Assembly (NCBI GenBank): GCA_963750255.1
Contig: CAVVPZ010000006.1
Span: 346,776 to 410,775 of the forward strand
Origin: an uncultured Actinomycetes bacterium
Lineage (GTDB): Bacteria; Actinomycetota; Acidimicrobiia; Acidimicrobiales; CADCTF01
Direction of reading: 5' to 3'
DNA length: 64,000 bases
The position numbers and the translations under genes were made by a program. The notes beneath the pieces were generated by a model that saw only the letters and a list, made by a program, of their open reading frames with translations, ran no database searches and was not told the origin of the DNA. Below, one piece after another: positions 57,933-64,000 of this stretch. Positions within the stretch are counted from its first letter, which is position 1; the number at the start of each line of letters is the position of its first letter.

Positions 57933-58432
57933 GGCCCGAGCAGGTCCCCGACAATTGGCACTGGAGAGCCGGCCCCGTCACGGGCGGGCCGCCGTCGTCT
58001 TCGACATCGACGGCGTGCTGTCCGACGCCGTCGGCCGCCAGCACTTCATCGAGGGCGGCGGTCGGCGCAAGGACTGGGAGGCGTTCTTCGAGGCGTGCGG
58101 GGACGACGCGCTGATCGAGGAGGTCGGCCGCGCTCCTCGGACTGCTCGACCCGGCCTGCGGATCGTGCTGCTCACCGCCCGGCCGATCCGGGTGCAACCC
58201 CAGACCGTCGGCGTGGCTCGACCGGTACGAGCTGCGTTGGGACCTGCTCGTCATGCGCGACTTCGGCGACTACACCGCCGCCCGCGAGTTCAAGCGCTGG
58301 ACGATCGCCGACTGCGCGCGTACGGCTTCGACCTCCGGTTGGCCTTCGAGGACGACCGCCGCAACGTCGACATGTTCCGCGGCCGAGGGCATTCCCTGCG
58401 TCTACATCCACAGCGGCTACTACGACACCTGA
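57929..58432 (+). pseudogene. HAD-superfamily phosphatase-like protein, at least 4 frame breaks as assembled
   Basis: ATGA overlap with the acs stop. [12 protein letters not shown] (DxDG motif I), IVLLTARP (motif II), WLDRYELRWDLLVMRDFGDY..., FEDDRRNVDMFRAEGIPCVYIHSGYYDT. The stop at 58430-58432 is readable only by switching frames. Confidence 0.6.
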
Positions 58433-58507
58433 GCCGCCGGGGTGCTCGCGCCCACGTCGCCTCGGCGGGGAAGCACGATCGTGACGAGGAGCGTTGATCC
58501 AGTCGTC

Positions 58508-59389
58508 ATGAGCAAGAACACGATCAAGACCTTCGTCCTGCTCGCCGCCCTCGGCGGCTTGCTCGTGCTGGTCGGCGGGGTCTTCGGCGGACCGAGCGGC
58601 GCCGTCATCGGCCTCGGCCATCGGCCTGGTCTCGTCGGCGGCTCGTACTGGTTCACCGACAAGCTCGCCATCAAGGCCGCCCGGGCCGTGCCGGTGACCG
58701 AGGCCGAGATGCCCGAGTACTACTCGGATCGTCCGCGAGCTGACCCAGCGAGCCGGCATGCCGATGCCGAAGCTCTACGTCACGCCCGACCAGCAGCCCA
58801 ACGCCTTCGCCACCGGCCGCAACCCCGAGCACGCGGCCGTCGCCGTCACCCAGGGCATCCTCGAGATCCTCGACTGGGACGAGCTGCGGGGCGTGCTGGC
58901 CCACGAGATCAGCCACGTCGGCAACCGCGACATCCTCATCGGCTCGGTCGCCGCCGCCGTCGCCATGGGGATCACGTTCATCGCCCGCATGGTGATGTGG
59001 GGCGCGATGTTCGGTGGCATGGGCGGCAACGACCGCGACCGGCGCGGCGGCGGCATCGGCATCCTCGTCCTCGCCCTGCTCACCCCGATGGCCGCCAGGC
59101 CTGCTGCAGATGGCGCTTCAGCCGCAGCCGGGAGTTCGAGGCCGACCGCAGCGGCGCCCGCCTCATCGGCGACGGCGAGCCGCTGGCCCGGGCCCTCGAG
59201 AAGCTCGAGGCCGGCGCCCGCCGCATCCCGATGGACGTCGACCCGGCCCAGGCCCAGGCCTACATCGTCAACCCGCTCAGCGGGCGCAAGGTGCAGTTCG
59301 CCAACATGTTCCGGAGCCACCCGCCGACCGCGGACCGCGTCGCCCGGCTCCGTGGCCGTGAATGGCTCGACGACGGCCTGATCCGCTGA
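58508..59389 (+). pseudogene. htpX: zinc metalloprotease HtpX, about 5 frame breaks as assembled
   Basis: Reads like mycobacterial HtpX. RIVRELTQRAGMPMPKLYV..PNAFATGRNP..., the HEISH zinc motif in VLAHEISHVGNRDIL, SRSREFEADRSGA and [14 protein letters not shown] are distributed over three frames. Switches lie near 58618, 58635, 58728, 59092 and 59115. Confidence 0.88.
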
Positions 59390-59399
59390 CCCAGCCGGG

Positions 59400-59892
59400 C
59401 TAGTCCCGGAAGTTCTGGAACTGCAGCGGGATGCCGAGGTCCTCGCCCTTGAGCGCGGCGATCACCGCTTGGAGGTCGTCGCGCTTCTTGGCCGTGACCC
59501 GCAGCTGTTCGCCCTGGGTCTGCGACTGCACGCCCTTGAGGCCGAGGTCCTTGATGAACTTGTTGATCGCCTTGGCCTTGTCGCTCGAGATGCCGGCCTT
59601 GAGCGTGATGATCTGGCGGACGGTGCCCTTCGAGGCCTCCTCGACCTTGCCGTAGTCGAGGGCCTTGAGCGAGCACCTGGCGCTTCACCAGCTTCTCCTC
59701 GAGCACCTGCACGCAGGGCTCGCAGCCGGTCCTCGTGACGACGTGGCGAGCTTGATCTCGTGGTCGTCGAGCTCGATCGAGCGAGTCGGTGTCCTTGAAG
59801 TCGAAGCGGGTGGCGATCTCGCGCTGGGCCTGGTCGACGGCGTTGCGGACTTCCTGCATGTCGACCTCGGACACGACGTCGAAACTGGGCAT
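59400..59892 (-). pseudogene. yajQ: YajQ-family nucleotide-binding protein, about 4 frame breaks as assembled
   Basis: [33 protein letters not shown], then [32 protein letters not shown], and [90 protein letters not shown]. The sequence is readable only with frame switches near 59780, 59737, 59715 and 59676. Confidence 0.85.
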
Positions 59893-59921
59893 CCGGTGAG
59901 GCTATCCTCGGCTCTTCCCCA

Positions 59922-60003
<82 letters not shown>

Positions 60004-60028
60004 CTGGGTAGCTGAGCAGCAACTTTGT

Positions 60029-60070
60029 AAATTCGCCCTCCCGTCCAGGCCGGACGGGAGAGGCGAAATT
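60029..60070 (+). terminator. GC-rich hairpin just downstream of tRNA-Tyr
   Basis: AAATTCGCCCTCCCGTCC-AGGCC-GGACGGGAGAGGCGAAATT: a 15/16-bp stem with one bulge. No T-tract follows, so intrinsic-terminator function is uncertain. Confidence 0.35.
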
Positions 60071-60205
60071 GCTAACGGGTTGCTAACGAGCCGTCCGTCC
60101 GGCGCCTCGAGAGTGCGCCCGCTTGATGTTGTCCTCATCCTGGGGTACGGTCCTACCGATGAATACAACGATGTGTTCATATGACGTAGCCGGAAGGGGA
60201 TGCGC

Positions 60206-60868
60206 ATGACTCTCGAGCAGGGCGTCTTCACGGCGGACCAGGCGATCCGCCTGACGCAGATCACGCGGGGAGGCAGCTCGATTACTGGATGCAGACCGAC
60301 CTGATCCGTGCCGACATCGCTGTCCGGGACCGGCCGGGGCAGCGTCCGGCTCTTCACTTTCCAGAACCTGATCGAGATCCGAGCGGCGGCGTGGCTGCGA
60401 AACCAGCTGTCGCTCCAGCTGATTCGGAAGATCGTCGTGCACCTCCGCGAGGAGAGAGATCGCCCGCTCGCGGAATTGCAATTCGCCGTCATCGAGAATG
60501 AGGGCACCAGCAGCGGTTCCCAGCACCTCGACGTCATCGTCCAGCGCACGGACGGCGACTGGGAGAAGTGGACGGGACAGCAGATGCTCAAGGTGCGCGT
60601 GCCGATCCGCAAGTTCAGCGACGAACTCGCGAAGGCGGCGGCGAAGGAGCGGACGAAGCGGCGAAAGGTGGGGCAAGTCGAGACCCGGCGCGGCGCACTC
60701 GGGTCGGCACCGGTCCTGGCCGGAACGAGAATTCCAACGGCGGCGGTGTGGCGACTGCACGAGGCTGGCTACTCGCATCAACGGATCCTCGAGAACTACC
60801 CCGGGTTGAAGCTGGCCGACGTCACCGCTGCGCTCAAGGAGGAACGGCGCCGCCGGCGCACGGCCTGA
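60206..60868 (+). pseudogene. MerR-like HTH / DUF433 fusion protein (antitoxin-like), two frame breaks as assembled
   Basis: MTLEQGVFTADQAIRLTQITR, then QLDYWMQTDLIRADIA (frame of track ORF 60289), then GRGSVRLFTFQNLIEIRAAAWLRNQLSLQLIRKIV. The C-terminal DUF433 core is GSAPVLAGTRIPTAAVWRLHEAGYSHQRILENYPGL. Switches lie near 60265 and 60325. Confidence 0.6.
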
Positions 60869-61230
60869 GCTTCCTCGTCGACCACTGCGTACCGGCAGAG
60901 GTCGCTCACCTTCTGCGCGCCCGGGGCCTCGTCGCCTGGACGTGTCACGACCTCGGCATCGAGGCGCTGGGCGACGACGAGCTGGCCGTCGTCGCCGGTA
61001 ACCGTGGTGCCGTCGCCGTCACGACGAATCACAACTTCATCCGGCCAGCTCGGAGACTGCGCTGCTGTCCCGTCGCTTACCTCCGAGTCACCGAGGAGCA
61101 CGCCCTGGCGGCAATGGAGCGCGCGCTCACCTGGTTCGACGACCCGTCGCATCAGCTCGGACCTGGCTTCGTGCTGAAGGTGCCAAAGGTTGCCGATCTC
61201 TCGGTGATGCCGCCACTGCCCTGGAGGTAG
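60865..61230 (+). CDS. DUF5615-family (PIN-like) protein, usual partner of DUF433
   Basis: LSFLVDHCVPAEVAHLLRARGL...DDELAVVA fits the DUF5615 N-terminus (M.fL.De.lp..l...L...G). There is no ATG, GTG or TTG in frame. The only candidate is CTG 60865, overlapping the upstream stop (CTGA). Confidence 0.5.
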   Translation: MSFLVDHCVPAEVAHLLRARGLVAWTCHDLGIEALGDDELAVVAGNRGAVAVTTNHNFIRPARRLRCCPVAYLRVTEEHALAAMERALTWFDDPSHQLGPGFVLKVPKVADLSVMPPLPWR

Positions 61231-61306
61231 ACCGAGTCACGGCATATCACCGACGATCAGCCAGGCGACGCGCACGTGGCCGTCTCCTCCTCGAGCGCCG
61301 GACGCA

Positions 61307-63123
61307 ATGGTCAGAGCGTCCTGCCGATCCTTGATGTACGGTCCGCGGGTCGTGGGAGCGGACGATCGGAGTTCCAGGGCTGCGACCGCACTGTTCGTTG
61401 GAGGCCGGCTGCTCTGGCGTACTGCTCGTGTCTGGGTGGCGGCGACTATCGGACTGCAGCTCGTTGTCGGCGTGCTGCCCGCCGCCGAAATCGCTCTGCT
61501 CGCACGTATCGTCGACCGGGTCGCTTCCCGGGCAAGCGACCCACCGATCGGGCTGATCGTTGCTCTCGCTGCGGTCGTGGCCGGGCGCCACCTCGCAGAC
61601 CACGCGGTGTCAGCGCTGCACCCGAATACGTCGGTCCAGCCCCTCGTCCTTCGGTTCGTCTTCCGACTTGTCGGGCGTGCCGCGCCCGAACGCTTCGACG
61701 ATCCCGCGTTTTTGGACCTGGTGGAGCGCGCGGGGGGAGGCGTCGCTTCTCACGCAACCACCACACTGATCGCCGTCGGAGAGTCCGTTCGAGCAATCGC
61801 GGGCGCTTGCGCGATGCTCGGGCTGATCGCGTCTCTCGACGCCCGATTGGCCGCTCTGGCCGCCGTCTCGGCGATCCCAGTGTTGGTCGTCGCTCGCCTC
61901 GACGGCATCGACTCGGCACGAACATGGAGCGGCGACACTGTCGAGTCACGACTAAGGGGTTATCTCGGGCAGGTACTTCGCGATCCAGCAGCTGGCGGAG
62001 AACTCCGAGCGCTCGGCCTCACTGGTCATTTGTTGGATCGCCTCGCCGCGCTGTTCGCAGGTCGTGTGGCAGCACTTCGCGAACTCCGCGCCGTTCTCGT
62101 AATCGTGGGGTCCTCGTCGCCGCTCTCCAGGCCAGCGTTACGGTCGTTGCCCTCGCCCTGGTCGTCGGCGATGCAGTAGGGGGACGCCGACCCCCTGGCG
62201 ATGTGATCACGGGAATCAGCGCCGTCGCGGCCCTCTCTGGGCTGCTGTCGCGGTTGGCAGAGGTCCTGGGGTACCTCGCGACCGCCGCGCCGTACCTGTC
62301 ACCCGCAGAGGACCTGGCGCGTGAACTGAAAGAAACGGCGCGTCGAGAACGAGGTTCGATCGCGGCTGCCGTGGGTCCACTGCCTCTTCGCCTTTCTGAG
62401 GTGTCCTTTCGCTATCGAGAGGCGACCGACGATGTCATTCGTGCCGTCAGTCTTGACGTTGCGCCCGGTGAGCTCGTCGCGTTGGTCGGTGAGAACGGCG
62501 CCGGAAAGTCGACGCTGACCCGGATAACGCTGGGGGTACTCGAGGCGAACCACGGTTCGGTCCAGATCGGAGGTGCCGACCTCGCGGGCGTCGACCTCGA
62601 TCAGCTGTGGCGCCGGGTCGGGTTCCTTCCGCAGTATCCGCTGCGACCAGAGATCTCTCTTCGGGAAGCCGTAGCGCTCGGCTGCCCGTGGAAGGAAGGC
62701 GACGATGATCAGATTGCCGACGCTCTGGGTGCGGTCGGAGCCGGGGAACTTCTCACCAAGGTGGGGCTCGACGGGTTGCTCGGCCGCGCATGGGAGAACG
62801 GACACGATCTCTCGGGGGGTGAATGGCAGCGCGTGGCGCTAGCGAGGCTCGCCTACCGGCGGCCGGACCTCTGGGTCCTCGACGAGCCGACGTCGAACCT
62901 GGACCCTTCGGCTGAGGCGGCTTTCGTCGCTGGTCTGCGCGAGCTCCTCGGCGATGCCACCTGCGTCTTCATCAGCCACCGCTTCTCGACAGTCCGCGCC
63001 GCCGACCGGATCGCCGTCCTCGCACGCGGAACCCTGACCGAAGTCGGATCTCACGACCAACTGGTTGCGCTCGGTGGACGCTACGCCGAGCTGTTCGAGC
63101 TCCAGGCGGCGGGATACCGGTGA
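61307..63123 (+). pseudogene. ABC exporter, fused transmembrane and ATP-binding domains; one frame break as assembled
   Basis: The TMD is in the frame of track ORF 61307..62179. After about 62100-62112 (GGGG run) it continues in the frame of ORF 61276..63123. Motifs there: Walker A GENGAGKST, signature LSGGEWQRVALAR, Walker B LWVLDEPTSNLD, H-loop FISHR. Confidence 0.8.
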
Positions 63124-63140
63124 CATCCCGACTTGAGATC

Positions 63141-64000
63141 ATGGCGGACTGCTCGTGGCGGCACCAGCCGAAGAAGTACGGACTGCTCGTCATCGGAACG
63201 ATCGGCTTCGCGCTGACCCTCCCGGTACGACTCGCAGCAATTGGAGCTGTCGTCTCTCTCGTAGCCGACGATGGGAACTGGACCGCCGAGCTTGTGATTC
63301 TCCTCATCGGCGCCGGCCTCGCCGCAGCGTTGGGCCCGGCACTCGCGCCTGCACTGGAGTTCGCACAGACGAGCTACGTGACGGACGTCGCCTACCGCGT
63401 GCGTCTTCGCGTGATGAGGTCGCTCGCTGAGGTCGACATGGCGTTCTACGACGACCCGGCGTTGGCCGATAAGGCGGCGCGTGCGCACGACGCCGTGCTC
63501 TGGCGGCCCGAAAAGGTCACCGTCGCTCAGATGTCGATCCTTCTTGCAGTCATTCAGATCGTTGGGGTGGTCACGGTCATCGCCGCAAGCGGGCCCGTCC
63601 CCACCGGGCTCGTGGTGGTTGGGGCAATCTCAGCTGCCGGGGCCGATTTCCTTCTCGAGCGGAAGCGAGGGGACGTGGAGATCACGCGAGAGAACGATGT
63701 GCGACGCCAGAACACATACTCATTCCCGCTCCTCAACGCCGACGCCGCGACGGAGATTCGAATCATGGGCATGCCACCGGTGCTCCTTGAGGGCTGGTGG
63801 CGTCACGCCAACCGTCCGCGGAAGCTCATGCTTCGGGTTGCCATCGTGACGCTTCCGGCCGCAGCGGCCGCGGGAGTAGTCACCGGCGGCGCACTGCTGG
63901 CCGCGGTCGTCCTCGCTACGAGGGCCGGGGCGTCCGCCGGGACCGTCACGGTCACGGTGGGCGGGCTAGCTGCGATAGCAAGCGCCGTGCATCAGTTCAT
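63141..64000 (+). CDS. ABC exporter transmembrane domain, 5' part (runs off the window end)
   Basis: My own translation from ATG 63141 is open to 64000. It reads MADCSWRHQPKKYGLLVIGTIGFALTL...MAFYDDPALADKAARA...ATEIRIMGM, typical of type I ABC exporter TMDs. Absent from the ORF track because it has no stop. Confidence 0.6.
   Translation, partial: MADCSWRHQPKKYGLLVIGTIGFALTLPVRLAAIGAVVSLVADDGNWTAELVILLIGAGLAAALGPALAPALEFAQTSYVTDVAYRVRLRVMRSLAEVDMAFYDDPALADKAARAHDAVLWRPEKVTVAQMSILLAVIQIVGVVTVIAASGPVPTGLVVVGAISAAGADFLLERKRGDVEITRENDVRRQNTYSFPLLNADAATEIRIMGMPPVLLEGWWRHANRPRKLMLRVAIVTLPAAAAAGVVTGGALLAAVVLATRAGASAGTVTVTVGGLAAIASAVHQF

Overview
High-GC (about 68-70%) chromosomal segment of a Gram-positive, Actinomycetota-like bacterium. 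The taxon is inferred from GC content, an LPxTG protein, a mycobacterial-type HtpX, MMPL and duplicated nuo operons. All calls rest on reading the translations and recalling family motifs; no database search was possible. The window is dominated by respiratory genes. (1) hemB-hemL lie at the left end. (2) From 8300 to 28906 runs a gap-free, same-strand array of 24 genes. It holds an unusual Rieske/cytochrome b module (2x[4Fe-4S] ferredoxin, split cytochrome b6, subunit IV, Rieske, dihaem cytochrome c, bracketed by two unknown membrane proteins), followed directly by a 14-gene nuoA-N operon. (3) A second, 11-gene nuo operon (nuoABCDHIJKLMN, no E/F/G) lies at 42633-52901 and is followed directly by a MidA/NDUFAF7-type methyltransferase. 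Between and around these lie: a small RHH/Doc-like pair with an 18-bp operator palindrome, an ABC-2 transporter, a geranylgeranyl-reductase-family gene, a cNMP-binding patatin phospholipase, a stand-alone cNMP-binding protein, MMPL and MFS transporters, a GAF/HATPase protein, a methyltransferase and a NERD protein. Also present are an LPxTG surface protein, a homogentisate-dioxygenase-family gene, a repeat-rich L,D-transpeptidase, acs, htpX, yajQ and tRNA-Tyr. Downstream of the tRNA sit a MerR-DUF433/DUF5615 pair and two ABC exporter genes, the last running off the window. The most striking sequence-level feature is about 50 reading-frame breaks, strongly clustered at 16.85-18.4 kb (nuoE/nuoF) and 55.0-60.3 kb (acs, HAD, htpX, yajQ and neighbours). 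Amino-acid conservation on both sides of each break is near perfect. Many breaks sit in short homopolymers, so assembly or sequencing indels are the most likely explanation. They must be resolved before any pseudogene biology is claimed. I found no CRISPR array, rRNA, transposase or integrase. I did not find a clear-cut novel defence-type system. The best candidates for new biology are listed here.
- The hybrid bc-type module with its ferredoxin and flanking membrane proteins.
- A shared N-terminal peptide on two respiratory proteins.
- TGTGA-N6-TCAC sites in front of both respiratory arrays.
- The MidA homologue attached to the EFG-less nuo operon.
- A nested-palindrome intergenic repeat present twice.
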